A DNA stretch of 64,000 bases, from assembly GCA_963666055.2 (NCBI GenBank), contig CAXWPH010000002.1, forward strand, positions 64,001 through 128,000. Reading direction: 5' to 3'. This DNA comes from Acidobacteriota bacterium (GTDB taxonomy: Bacteria; Acidobacteriota; UBA890; WLXD01). The position numbers and the translations under genes are program-made. Below the pieces are notes generated by a model. That model ran no database searches. It was not told the DNA's origin and worked only from the letters and a program-made list of their open reading frames with translations. Shown piece by piece: positions 30,996 to 40,859 of the stretch. Each line of letters opens with the position of its first letter. Positions within the stretch are counted from its first letter, which is position 1.

Positions 30996-33900
30996 TCAGG
31001 CGCTGCGACGGATCTCGACGATCAAGGTCAGGCCGTCGATGCTGTGCTCCCGAGTGATCTCCGGAGTGGCGATCCCATCGGTAGAGATCTCGCTGAGCGT
31101 CTCGCCCTCGACAAGGTCGCGGTTCGCTTCCATGGCGGCGACGATCTCCGCCGCTGCGGCCTGGAATCCGACCTTGATGCGCGCTTCGACGGGAAGATCG
31201 AGATCCTTGCGCATGCGCTGGATGCGGTTGACCAGGTCCCGGGCGATACCCTCCGCTCGCAACGCATCGTCGAGTCGCGGATCGAGCGCCACCACGAGGT
31301 GGCCCTGGGCGGCGACCAGCGAGCCCTCTTCGGTGGGTTTCATGCGGACCTGCACGTCATCGGAGGAAAGCTCCACTCCGGCTACCTGAACCGTCTCCCC
31401 GAAGGCCAGTGCTCGGGCGGTAGCCGGGTCGAGGTGGCGCAGCGCTGCGGCCACCTCTTTGGCCTGGGCGCCGAGTCTTGGCCCCAGCGCCCGCATGTTG
31501 GGCACAACCTCGGGGCTCGCCACCTGGGTCGGGTCCTCGATGACCTCGAGCTGTTTGATGTTGAGCTCGTCGAGGATGACTGCGCTGCTGGCTTGCAGCC
31601 ACTCTGCCTCGTGGTGGCTGGTGGTGCCGACGCGGATGGCGCGCAGCGGTTGGCGGTTGCGTATCTTCGCCTGGCCGCGCAGGCTGCGTCCCATCTCGCA
31701 TACGACACGGGTCAGGTCGATGCGCCCCTCGATCTCCTGTTCGTGGGGCGTGAGCTCCCGGCGCGCCGGGACATCGCGCAGGTGCACGCTGTCGACAGCC
31801 TGCGTCTCGGGCGTGGCGCGTAGCATCTCGTATACATAGTCGGCCATGAACGGCGTGAAGGGCGCCATCAGCTCGGAGAACTGGAGCAACACGCCGTACA
31901 AAGTCGTGTAGGCGCTACGTTTGTCGTCGTCCGACTCCGACTTCCAAAACCGGCGCCGCGATCGGCGGATATACCAGTTGGTGAGATCGTCGAGGAACGC
32001 CAGCAGCGGATCGACTACCCGGTACAGACGGTAGGCCGCCATCTCGATCTCTACCTGAGCTTTGAGGTTCTCGAGCTTGGCACCGATCCACACGTCGAGC
32101 TCATGCGTCGGGGTCTCTTTCCAGGTATCGGTCTCGGGGTCCCAGCCGTCGACGGCGGCATACGTCTGCAGGAAGCAGAGGCTGTTCCACCAGGGAAGCA
32201 ACACTCGCCGGACCATCTCGCGCACGCCGTTCTGCGAGAACCTCGCCTCCTCCCCACGCAGCACGGGCGAATCCAGCAAGTAGATACGGATGGCATCGGC
32301 GCCGAACTCGTTGACCAGCTCGGTGGGCTCCGGGTAGTTCTGCAGACTCTTCGACATCTTGCGGCCGTCCTCGGCCAGCACCAGCCCGCTGACGACAACG
32401 TTCCTGAACGCCGGCTTGTCGAAGAGCGCCGTCGACAGCACGAGCAAGGTGTAGAACCAGCCGCGGGTCTGGTCGAGTGCCTCGCAGATGAAGTCGGCCG
32501 GGAAGCCGTCCTCGAACGCCTCCTTCCCCTCGAACGGGTAGTGCGCCTGTCCGTACGGCATCGAGCCCGACTCGAACCAGCAATCGAGCACCTCGGGGAT
32601 GCGTCGCAGCTCGCCCTGGCCGGTCGGCGAGGGGATCACAACATCGTCGATGATGTGCTTGTGCAGGTCGTCAACTGCAACTCCAGATAGCTCACGAAGC
32701 TCATCGCGGGACCCGACGCAGACGGTCTCGCCAGTATCCTCGTTGCGCCATATTGGCAGCGGGTTACCCCAGTAGCGGTTGCGCGAGATGTTCCAGTCGC
32801 GGGCGCCCTCTAGCCACTTGCCGAAGCGCCCGTCCTTGAGATGATCCGGGACCCAACGAATCTGCTGGTTAACAGCGATCAGTTGTTCCTTGAACGCCTC
32901 CACGCGCACATACCAAGCGCTTATCGTCTTGTAGATCAGCGGCGTGTCAGAGCGGTAGCAGAACGGATAGCTATGGACGTAGGTGTCGTGGCGTAGGATC
33001 TTCCCGGCTGCCTTGAGCTCGCTGATGATCTGCCTGTCGGCGTCCTTCACCATTTGTCCGGCGTAGGGAGGGACCAGCTCAGTGAAGCAACCCTCCGCAT
33101 CCACCGGATCGGCCGGTTCGATGCCGAACTCCCGGCCCAGGGCGAAATCGTCCTCGCCGAACGCCGGCGCGATGTGCACGATGCCCGTGCCGCTCTCGGC
33201 GGTGACGAAGGTCGCCGGTAACACGTGGAACGCGCCCTCGAGCTTGCGCTCGGCGAAGAACGGAAACAGCGGCTCGTAGCTCTTGCCCGCTAGCTCCGAG
33301 CCGCGGATCGTGCCCAGCCGCCGGATTCCTTCGTCGGCTGGCCAGTAAGCGGCGACGCGCTCGGCGTGCAGTGCCATGCGCTCACCCCGCGGCTCGCCGT
33401 TGGTGTCGATCTCTTCGACGATGGCGTAGTCGGCGTCGGGATCGACGGCCAGCGCCAGATTCGATGGCAGCGTCCAAGGTGTCGTCGTCCAGGCCAACAG
33501 AAGCAGCCCGTCGTCGGCGCGGAACTTCACCGTGATCGACGGATCCTGGATCTCCTTGTAGTTGAGGTTGGCCTCGAAATTCGACAGCGGTGCGCCGATT
33601 CGCCAAGAGTAGGGAACGACACGGTATCCCTCGTAGATCAGATCGCGGTCCCAGAGCGTCTTGAATACGCTCCAGACGCTCTCCATGAACGACAAGTCCA
33701 TGGTCTTGTAGTCGTTGTCGAAATCGACCCAGCGCCCGAATCGGGTAACCGTCTGCTGCCACTCATCGGTATAGCGCAGCACAATGGAGCGACAAGCTTC
33801 GTTGAACTTGCCGATGCCGTACTTCTCGATATCGGCACGGCCGCTGAGCCCGAGCTGCTTTTCGATCTCGAACTCCACCGGCAGGCCGTGACAGTCCCAC

Positions 33901-34154
33901 CCGAAGCGACGCTCCACGTGGCGACCGCACATGGTTTGGTAGCGGGCCACGACGTCCTTGATCGTGCCGACGAGTAGGTGCCCGTAGTGCGGTAGCCCGG
34001 TGGCGAATGGTGGACCGTCGTAGAAGGAGTAGGACCGCGCCGCATCGCGCTGCTCGATCGATCGTTGGAAGGTGCGCCGCTGAGTCCAACGCTCGAGGAC
34101 CTCTTCCTCGATGCGGGGGAACGAGATCTCGGAGGGCGGCGTCTCGAATTTCAT
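30996..34154 (-). CDS. ileS: Isoleucyl-tRNA synthetase, type 2
   Basis: DGPPFATGLPHYGH, GWDCHGLP, WTTTPWTLPSN, DWNISRNRYWG and KMSKS motifs; long C-terminal domain without a Zn finger. Confidence 0.97.
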   Translation of the reverse strand: MKFETPPSEISFPRIEEEVLERWTQRRTFQRSIEQRDAARSYSFYDGPPFATGLPHYGHLLVGTIKDVVARYQTMCGRHVERRFGWDCHGLPVEFEIEKQLGLSGRADIEKYGIGKFNEACRSIVLRYTDEWQQTVTRFGRWVDFDNDYKTMDLSFMESVWSVFKTLWDRDLIYEGYRVVPYSWRIGAPLSNFEANLNYKEIQDPSITVKFRADDGLLLLAWTTTPWTLPSNLALAVDPDADYAIVEEIDTNGEPRGERMALHAERVAAYWPADEGIRRLGTIRGSELAGKSYEPLFPFFAERKLEGAFHVLPATFVTAESGTGIVHIAPAFGEDDFALGREFGIEPADPVDAEGCFTELVPPYAGQMVKDADRQIISELKAAGKILRHDTYVHSYPFCYRSDTPLIYKTISAWYVRVEAFKEQLIAVNQQIRWVPDHLKDGRFGKWLEGARDWNISRNRYWGNPLPIWRNEDTGETVCVGSRDELRELSGVAVDDLHKHIIDDVVIPSPTGQGELRRIPEVLDCWFESGSMPYGQAHYPFEGKEAFEDGFPADFICEALDQTRGWFYTLLVLSTALFDKPAFRNVVVSGLVLAEDGRKMSKSLQNYPEPTELVNEFGADAIRIYLLDSPVLRGEEARFSQNGVREMVRRVLLPWWNSLCFLQTYAAVDGWDPETDTWKETPTHELDVWIGAKLENLKAQVEIEMAAYRLYRVVDPLLAFLDDLTNWYIRRSRRRFWKSESDDDKRSAYTTLYGVLLQFSELMAPFTPFMADYVYEMLRATPETQAVDSVHLRDVPARRELTPHEQEIEGRIDLTRVVCEMGRSLRGQAKIRNRQPLRAIRVGTTSHHEAEWLQASSAVILDELNIKQLEVIEDPTQVASPEVVPNMRALGPRLGAQAKEVAAALRHLDPATARALAFGETVQVAGVELSSDDVQVRMKPTEEGSLVAAQGHLVVALDPRLDDALRAEGIARDLVNRIQRMRKDLDLPVEARIKVGFQAAAAEIVAAMEANRDLVEGETLSEISTDGIATPEITREHSIDGLTLIVEIRRSA

Positions 34155-34197
34155 CGGCTGCGCCTGCCGTCCTCGTGCCGGTTCCGAGGCGCGACCG

Positions 34198-34359
34198 TTA
34201 CTTCTCTTCCTTGTAGTTCACGTGTCGGCGCACGACGGGGTCGTGCTTCCTGAGCTCGAGGCGCTCGGTGGTGTTTCGCTTGTTCTTCGTGGTGTAGTAC
34301 TTGTGCGGGCTCTCGGTGCTCTTGAGCTTCACCTGCACGCGGTTTCCGGCCTTGGCCAT
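34198..34359 (-). CDS. rpmG: 50S ribosomal protein L33 (Cys-free form); below the ORF-track cutoff
   Basis: Manual translation: [53 protein letters not shown]. Confidence 0.95.
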   Translation of the reverse strand: MAKAGNRVQVKLKSTESPHKYYTTKNKRNTTERLELRKHDPVVRRHVNYKEEK

Positions 34360-34547
34360 GAGTTTGCCTCGAGTGGTAGGTCTTCAGCTGCGCCACGCCG
34401 GGCAGCGGCGATCGTTGCGAATGGGGCGCCGCGGGCGACGAGCACAACTCGCAAGAAACCATGATTTTACACTGAACCGCGTTGGCGAATTGTGCGATCG
34501 GCGCGCTAGCGCTCAGAGCCAGCCGCGCTGGGCTGCACGGTGTTCGT

Positions 34548-34829
34548 CTACGCCGGCGCCTCGGCAGGCTCTGGTACTTCTGCTTCCGCTGCTTCGGGCT
34601 CGTTCGACGGTTCCGGCGGGCGGCTCAAGTCGCAATCACGGCAGCGCCAGCCCTTTTCCTCCGAATCCTCCGGATGGGCATGCGGGCAGACCTCTTGAAG
34701 GTCGGCCACCTGACTCTCGAGCGCGGTGGGGTCGGCGCCTTCCTCGAGGTTGGCGATCTGTTTCCGCAACTTGAAGCGAAGCTCGCGAATCTCCAGCGGG
34801 TGAAGCTCCTGCAATGGCGTGTGGTCCAT
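34548..34829 (-). CDS. Small hypothetical protein (coiled coil plus CPH...CxxC)
   Basis: 93 aa; LQEVCPH...WRCRDC; acidic tail; directly follows the Trm112 gene. Confidence 0.65.
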   Translation of the reverse strand: MDHTPLQELHPLEIRELRFKLRKQIANLEEGADPTALESQVADLQEVCPHAHPEDSEEKGWRCRDCDLSRPPEPSNEPEAAEAEVPEPAEAPA

Positions 34830-34834
34830 CGCAA

Positions 34835-35098
34835 CTATTCCTCTTCGGCGGACGATAGCGGGATCGCCTCGTCGATGAGCATGATCGGAATATCGTCTCG
34901 GATCGCGTACAGGTAGCGCCCATCTTCGCGGATCAACCCCGCCTCGATAGGCTCATCGACGACATTCCCGCCGCGGTTGGTAAGTGTGCCGGCCGCGATG
35001 GTTTCGTTGAGCTTTGCGAGGGTGCTCTCGTCGGCGAGCCGCAGTGGCGTCTTGTCTTCTGGACACGCCAGGATCTCGAGCAATTCCTGATCGATCAT
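34835..35098 (-). CDS. Trm112/UPF0434 family protein
   Basis: LLEILACPEDK...YAIRDDIPIMLIDEA. Confidence 0.92.
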   Translation of the reverse strand: MIDQELLEILACPEDKTPLRLADESTLAKLNETIAAGTLTNRGGNVVDEPIEAGLIREDGRYLYAIRDDIPIMLIDEAIPLSSAEEE

Positions 35099-35241
35099 GG
35101 TGTTCTCCGAGCGTCGGGTTGCTACGCTAACATGCGTTGAGAAGTGCTGCTGGATCCCCTGGTGAGAGGCCCGTGCAGACGTGGTTCACGTATGCCACAG
35201 TACGATAACCGCCTGTCGAGCCTAGCGGAGGAGCCGAGGTC

Positions 35242-35706
35242 ATGGAGCGCACGCAATCATCCGACTACGCCCTGTTCCTACTGCGCACCGCCGGCTTGTT
35301 GCTGGCGCTCGCTCACGGGTGGACGAAGTTCCATGCTCTCATTACCGGACAGGCCGATTGGCTCGTCGGCATGGTGAGCGGGCTGGGGTTTCCGCTGCCC
35401 GTGATGTTTGCCTGGGCCCTCGGGTTGACCGAGTTCTTCGGCGGCATTTGTGTTGCGTTGGGACTGTACACACGCCTGAGCGCGTCGTTCGCCGCGTTGG
35501 CGATGTTCACGGCGGCGTTCTTACGCCATCGCTCGCTGATGCAGTTCGGAGCCTGGCTCGGTATCGTTTCGCCCAGCGCTGAAGAGCTCCAGGCGTCGGG
35601 CGATCCAGAGAGAGCGTTGCTGTTCCTGATCATCATGGCAAGCGTCGTGGTCTTGGGACCGGGGAGACTGTCTATCGACGCCCGACTTTCAGGGCGGCGC
35701 CGATAG
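35242..35706 (+). CDS. DoxX family membrane protein
   Basis: LLR...HGWTKF, GFPLP, EFFGG, GLYTR and GPGRLSID motifs. Confidence 0.9.
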   Translation: MERTQSSDYALFLLRTAGLLLALAHGWTKFHALITGQADWLVGMVSGLGFPLPVMFAWALGLTEFFGGICVALGLYTRLSASFAALAMFTAAFLRHRSLMQFGAWLGIVSPSAEELQASGDPERALLFLIIMASVVVLGPGRLSIDARLSGRRR

Positions 35707-35717
35707 TCGCGCCCGGG

Positions 35718-36209
35718 ATGAACGACCCGTCGGCGACCTTGCGCGATGGCTCCTTGGTGCAGCGCTGCTACGAGCTTGCCGAGGAAGCGGTCGAGGCGGG
35801 GAACCATCCTTTCGGAGCGTTGCTGGTTCACGCCGCCGAGGTGGTGTTCGAGGCCCGCAACACGGTCAATACTGCCAACGACGGCACGCGTCATGCGGAG
35901 CTCGAGCTGGTTCGCGGCGCCTGGCGAACGCTCGGCCCCGACTTGTTATGCAAGACGACGCTCTACACCAGCACCGAGCCCTGCCTCATGTGCGCCGGCG
36001 CAATCTTCTGGGCGGGCATTCCCCGCGTCGTCTACGGGGTGGGAGCTCGGGCGATGAGCGAGATCGTCGGTGAGCCCTATCGCGGCCTGCCGTTGCGCGA
36101 GGTGGGAGTGGCCTGTGGACTCCCCATCGAGGTGGTCGGGCCGGTCATGCAGGACGACGGATTGCGAATTCACGCCGCCTTCTGGCCAGCGGCCGCGAAT
36201 CGCGGTTAG
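35718..36209 (+). CDS. Zn-dependent nucleoside/nucleobase deaminase
   Basis: [10 protein letters not shown] and [12 protein letters not shown] motifs. Confidence 0.92.
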   Translation: MNDPSATLRDGSLVQRCYELAEEAVEAGNHPFGALLVHAAEVVFEARNTVNTANDGTRHAELELVRGAWRTLGPDLLCKTTLYTSTEPCLMCAGAIFWAGIPRVVYGVGARAMSEIVGEPYRGLPLREVGVACGLPIEVVGPVMQDDGLRIHAAFWPAAANRG

Positions 36210-36718
36210 TCTTCGATCGTCTCGAGCCGATGATCAAGCAGCACATCGCCGGAGAAAACGAAGCGCCCGGTGAAGCGCGTGCGCTTCAGTAGCAAGGGCA
36301 GCCAGAGAACGTCGTCTGCCCACATCTCGGCATAGGGGATACCGTCGACAGAGAACCAGAGTGGCATCGCCTCGTCGGTCTCCCGTGGTTGACCGGCGCA
36401 GTGATTGGCACGGAACACGCGAACATGGATCGAGTAGCCATCGACGAACTGAAACCGCAGCTCGCCAGCCTCACAGATTCCACCGGGTGCAACGCAGACC
36501 TCTTCTTCGACCTCGCGGATGGCGGCCTGCAGCCAGGTTTCGCCTTCTTCTAGACGGCCGCCGGGACCGTTGATCTTACCGGCGCCCAGGCCGCGCTTCT
36601 TACGGATCAGCAGGATGCGACCGCCGCTCACGACGAACAGCAGCGTCGCTCGATCCACCGCCTGCCACTGATTCCAGTCGATCTCGGCCACCCGGCGTGC
36701 CCCGGCGGCGGCATTCAT
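36206..36718 (-). CDS. NUDIX hydrolase, 8-oxo-dGTP diphosphatase (MTH1-like)
   Basis: [15 protein letters not shown], Nudix box [14 protein letters not shown]. Confidence 0.9.
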   Translation of the reverse strand: MNAAAGARRVAEIDWNQWQAVDRATLLFVVSGGRILLIRKKRGLGAGKINGPGGRLEEGETWLQAAIREVEEEVCVAPGGICEAGELRFQFVDGYSIHVRVFRANHCAGQPRETDEAMPLWFSVDGIPYAEMWADDVLWLPLLLKRTRFTGRFVFSGDVLLDHRLETIED

Positions 36719-37659
36719 GGCTGCACGCCTGGATCGTGTGCTTGGGAGGGCTCGATGACCTCCGCAGCATCCGGCCAAACGCCGTCGAGGAACTCGCGCA
36801 CCGCCGGGCCGACAACGTCCGGCCTTTCCACGAAGGGAAAGTGCGCTGCCTCAGCAATGGTCAACAGGCGTGCCTCGCGGAGCCGGGCTGCCCAGTCTCG
36901 CCCCGCCCCATACGGTGCGTTGCGGTCGCGTCGGCCATGCACCGTCAACACCGGCACGCGCACCTGGTCGATGTCGTCCTGGCGCAGGTCAAGGTGCACG
37001 ATACTGGGCAGAATGTTCTGCGACAGGTGAGCCTCCATGTTCACCGGCCATTCGTTCTCGAACGCACAGTAATGATCTCCAAGGGCGGCCGCGGCGCCGG
37101 GGATGGCGACGTAGACGTGACGCATGAATTCCCACCACCGCAGACAGAATTCCTTTGGGGCGCTGGCCGGCATGCCGTCGTCGCGAAGCTGCTGTAGCTG
37201 CCGCGCCGACTCGGAGCCGGCGATAGCTTCCAGGTCCGGTGCGGTCAGCTCTGGTGGATAGACGGCGGCGTGATTGGGGCTCGGTGCACCGATCTGGACG
37301 ATGCGTCCACAGGACTGGGGGTTGGTAATGGCGTATAGGATGACCGCCAGGCCGAGGTAGGAATGGCCGACGAGATGCGGGCGCTCGAGCTCGAAGAACT
37401 GGCGAATCGTCTCGAGGTCTTCGACGTCATGATGTATGCCTCGATGCAGAAGCAGGCGATCGTGAACGGGTGCCGATCGGCCGCGGTTGCGCAGGTCGTA
37501 GGAGATCACCGTGAGGTCGCGGGCGAGATAGGCGAAGTGCTCGAGTAGGTAGATGGCATTGGGAATGATCACCGCCTGCGGGCCGGATCCAATGCGATAC
37601 GCGCATAGCGTCGTCCCGTCCGGCGTCGGTACCATCCCCTGCTCGAGGTCGGCAGTCAT
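36715..37659 (-). CDS. Alpha/beta hydrolase
   Basis: [20 protein letters not shown] and AAHFP motifs. Confidence 0.88.
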   Translation of the reverse strand: MTADLEQGMVPTPDGTTLCAYRIGSGPQAVIIPNAIYLLEHFAYLARDLTVISYDLRNRGRSAPVHDRLLLHRGIHHDVEDLETIRQFFELERPHLVGHSYLGLAVILYAITNPQSCGRIVQIGAPSPNHAAVYPPELTAPDLEAIAGSESARQLQQLRDDGMPASAPKEFCLRWWEFMRHVYVAIPGAAAALGDHYCAFENEWPVNMEAHLSQNILPSIVHLDLRQDDIDQVRVPVLTVHGRRDRNAPYGAGRDWAARLREARLLTIAEAAHFPFVERPDVVGPAVREFLDGVWPDAAEVIEPSQAHDPGVQP

Positions 37660-38471
37660 GGGGTCTGATACTGCTTTCTTGCCGCCACCGAAACAAACCG
37701 ATCTTCCTCGGCGATCCAGGCGGTGAGGCGTCCACCCCAGACGCAGCCGGTGTCGAGGCCGCGCAGGCGTTCAGCGTTCACCAGACCACGCTCCGCCCAG
37801 TGCCCGAAAACCACCGTACGGTCACCCCGATACAGGTCGTACCAGGGCCTCGAGGTAGCGTCTGGTGCTCCCGTAGCGCGCCAGGTGCCGGGTGCGTCCG
37901 ACTGCCGGTTTCTGCTCCCGAACGCACCGCGGATCATGTTGCCCTCGTTGCCGCAGTAGCGAACCGAGACCAAGAAGTCGATGTCTGGACGCTCCGACTC
38001 GCTCGCCGCCGTCGCGTCTATCGAGTTGATGCGGCTGGCCTCAGCCTCCAGGTCGACCCAGGCTGCTGGCAAGCCGGCGTGCACGAGCACGAGGTCGGGC
38101 CACAATCGCAGGACGGGTCGGGCGCGCACCCAGCCGAGCAGCGTGTCGCGGTCGGGCGCCGCGAGTAACTCGTCCAGCGTATCCAAGGGGGTGTGCTGGC
38201 GGCGGCCGTCGGCTCGTGCCAGCAAGTGCAGCTCGTGATTGCCCAGCACGCTCTCGGCCTCGAGCGCGGTTACGTCGCGCAGCGTCTGCAGCGATCTCGG
38301 CCCGCGGTTGACCAGGTCGCCGACAAAGTGCAGCGCGTGTGTCGCCGGGTCGTAGCGTAGTGTCTCCAGCAGATCCTGAAGCTCGTCGGCACAGCCATGA
38401 ACGTCGCCGATGAAGACGCGGGTCTGGGGCGAGCCTGGCAACGCGCTGATCTCCTCGGGCGTACAAAGCAT
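37656..38471 (-). CDS. apaH: Symmetrical Ap4A hydrolase (ApaH-like metallophosphoesterase)
   Basis: GDVHGC, VGDLVNRGP, LGNHE, VHAG, FGHWA and LDTGCVWGG motifs. Start is 38471 or GTG 38507. Confidence 0.85.
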   Translation of the reverse strand: MLCTPEEISALPGSPQTRVFIGDVHGCADELQDLLETLRYDPATHALHFVGDLVNRGPRSLQTLRDVTALEAESVLGNHELHLLARADGRRQHTPLDTLDELLAAPDRDTLLGWVRARPVLRLWPDLVLVHAGLPAAWVDLEAEASRINSIDATAASESERPDIDFLVSVRYCGNEGNMIRGAFGSRNRQSDAPGTWRATGAPDATSRPWYDLYRGDRTVVFGHWAERGLVNAERLRGLDTGCVWGGRLTAWIAEEDRFVSVAARKQYQTP

Positions 38472-38508
38472 TCCCGGCTCGGAGGTCGTGGAAGGGTCGC
38501 CCGGCACA

Positions 38509-38786
38509 CTAGTGGCCTGTAACAGATGATCGTTGCATATCGCAGATGGGATTTGCAGGTGAGATCAAGGCGCGGGGAGGAAGGCGATGCAATGGGCATC
38601 GTCGACGAGGCGCAACGCCGATATCGCCCGCAACTGCCCATCTGTCCGGAGGATGGCGGCGAAATGGGCCCGTCTGCGGCGTTGCTCCTCCTCCAAGATG
38701 GGCAAACATCGTCTCGTCGTCGCGCCTGGCATCCGGACCCATTTCGCCACCACGATATACAACGATCATCTGTTACAGGCCACTAG
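38509..38786 (+). mobile_element. MITE-like element, family A, long form (two internal modules)
   Basis: 34-bp TIRs including CTAG at 38509-38542 and 38753-38786, 1 mismatch. Internal hairpin modules at 38543-38644 and 38658-38748. Confidence 0.9.
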
Positions 38787-38907
38787 CCTGCCCGCGGTAA
38801 TCTCCGCTAGCAGGCCGAGCGACACGAGCGCCGCTGTTCGGAGACGACCGGAGGTCGAGTTGCTATGCTGCCGGTACCCAGAACACGAACACGGTCCGGA
38901 CGGAGCC

Positions 38908-40362
38908 ATGAACGATCAACGCGACACCAAGCACCTTCCTGCCGAGCAGCGTGGCCTCAGCCGACGCGACGTGGTCCGACTCGGGGCGGCCGGAATGGGT
39001 GCGGCGCTCATCGGCGGGACGCCGTTCCCCAACCCGGCGCACGCACAGATCAGCACCAACACGTATCAGATTCCGACCTGGACCGGGCCGCAAGCTGCGG
39101 ATCATGGCGCCGAGATGGGTGCGGCGCCAGCCGACCTACGGGCGGCGCCACCGATCGCGGAGGTGCGTATCGGGTTCGTGGGCACCGGCGGCATGGGAAC
39201 CGCGCACGTACGGAACCTGACGCAGATTGAAGGCTGTCGGGTTGCCGCCATCTGCGACATTGATGTCTCGAACGCCGAGCGTGCCGCGCAGGTCGTGCAG
39301 GCGGCCGGCCAGCCGTCGCCGGCGCTCTATACGCGTGGCGAGGAGGATTTTCGCCGGTTGTGCGAGACAGCCGACCTGGATCTCATCTACACGGCCACCC
39401 CGTGGCGCTGGCACGTCCCGGTCTGCCTGGCGGCGATGGAGGCTGGCAAGCACGCTGTCTCGGAGGTGCCGATCGCGGTCACCGTGGAGGATTGTTGGCG
39501 GCTCGTGGAATCCGCCGAGCGTCATGAACGCCACTGCATCATGATGGAGAACGTCTGCTACGGGCGCTTCGAGATGATGGTGCTCAACCTGGTCCGGCAG
39601 GGTTTGCTTGGAGAGATCCTGCACGCCGAATGTGGCTACCTGCACGACCTGCGTGAGATCAAGTTCGCCGACGAAGGGGAGGGCATGTGGAGGCGGGCCC
39701 ACGCGATGATCCGCGATGGCAACCTCTACCCCACTCATGGCCTGGGGCCGGTTTCGCAGTGTATGAACATCAACCGGGGCGACAGGTTCGACTACCTGGT
39801 GTCGATGAGCAGCCCGTCGCGGGGACTGCAGGATTGGGCTCGTGAACACTATGAGCCGGGCCATCCCAAGCGCGAGGAGACTTTCGCGCTGGGCGACGTC
39901 AACACCAGTCTCATCAAGACCGCCAACGGCAAGACGATCAAGGTGGTTCACGACACCAACCTGCCACGCCCCTACAGCCGCATCAACATGCTGCAGGGCA
40001 CGCGCGGGATCTTCCAGGGCTATCCCGATCGGGTTCACATCGAGGGGCGCTCCGAGGGTCATTCCTGGGACGATGCAGAGAGCTACTACGAGGAGTTCGA
40101 GCACCCGCTGTGGCGGCGATTACGCGAGGATTCGAGTGGTGCCGGTCACGGCGGCATGGATTTCGTTGAAGACTGGCGGCTCATCCAGTGCCTGCATGAG
40201 GGGATCCCATACGACATCGACGTCTATGACTCGGTTGCCTGGAGCGCCGTGTCGGAGATCAGCGAACGGTCGGTGGCCGCCGGCAGCGCGCCGGTGCGAT
40301 TCCCCGATTTCACCCGCGGACAGTGGAAGCAATATCCGCCGCTAGAGATTGTGGGCGGCTGA
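38908..40362 (+). CDS. Tat-exported Gfo/Idh/MocA-fold glycosidase (GH109-like)
   Basis: SRRDVV Tat motif; IYTATPWRWH, EVP, MMENVCY, YLHDL, YPTHG and GHGGMDF motifs. Confidence 0.9.
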   Translation: MNDQRDTKHLPAEQRGLSRRDVVRLGAAGMGAALIGGTPFPNPAHAQISTNTYQIPTWTGPQAADHGAEMGAAPADLRAAPPIAEVRIGFVGTGGMGTAHVRNLTQIEGCRVAAICDIDVSNAERAAQVVQAAGQPSPALYTRGEEDFRRLCETADLDLIYTATPWRWHVPVCLAAMEAGKHAVSEVPIAVTVEDCWRLVESAERHERHCIMMENVCYGRFEMMVLNLVRQGLLGEILHAECGYLHDLREIKFADEGEGMWRRAHAMIRDGNLYPTHGLGPVSQCMNINRGDRFDYLVSMSSPSRGLQDWAREHYEPGHPKREETFALGDVNTSLIKTANGKTIKVVHDTNLPRPYSRINMLQGTRGIFQGYPDRVHIEGRSEGHSWDDAESYYEEFEHPLWRRLREDSSGAGHGGMDFVEDWRLIQCLHEGIPYDIDVYDSVAWSAVSEISERSVAAGSAPVRFPDFTRGQWKQYPPLEIVGG

Positions 40363-40409
40363 CACCTCGGGATACGTTTGTGGCACGCCGTTTCCCCGCG
40401 GAGCTGTGT

Positions 40410-40859
40410 ATGGTCGATCAAGGCCCTGTTCGGCGGCCTTACACGATGTCTTGCGTGGTTGCTGTGGTCGCTCTATGGTCGACGTCGCTTGATCTTAGCC
40501 GTCAGGCTGGCACGCCCGGCGCCCAGGTTGCCGCCGGGGAGTCGGTGACCGGCAGATCCTCGGCGGCTCGTGAGTTGCCGCCGGCGCTGGCGTGGCCGAA
40601 CTACGCCGTCATGCCGGATGTGAACGCCTCGACCTCAGCCGGTATCCAGGGCGAGGTGTCGATCGCGATCGATGCCGCCCAGCCGACGCGCGCTGTTGCC
40701 GCGTCGATGGACCTCGGTGGCGCCGGGATCCTGGTGATGGCGCCGGTGTCGGCGGCGATTGCCGGCAGGGCGGGCACCGGCAGGATCGTGTGCATCGTAT
40801 CCGGCGGGAACATCGACGCCGGCGCTCTACGCACGATCCTGGCGAACGAGACGCCGTGA
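40410..40859 (+). pseudogene. Probable chimeric remnant: exported-protein N-terminus joined to a threonine dehydratase/serine racemase C-terminus
   Basis: QGEVSIAID..P...VAASMD is followed by AAIAGRAGTGRIVCIVSGGNID; no PLP-lysine region. Confidence 0.55.

Noticed and set aside
38509-38800. Short ORFs inside the MITE, and the N-terminal extensions of ORFs 27481.. and 38587..
   Set aside because: These are by-products of the repeat; better starts with RBS exist at 27637 and 38908.
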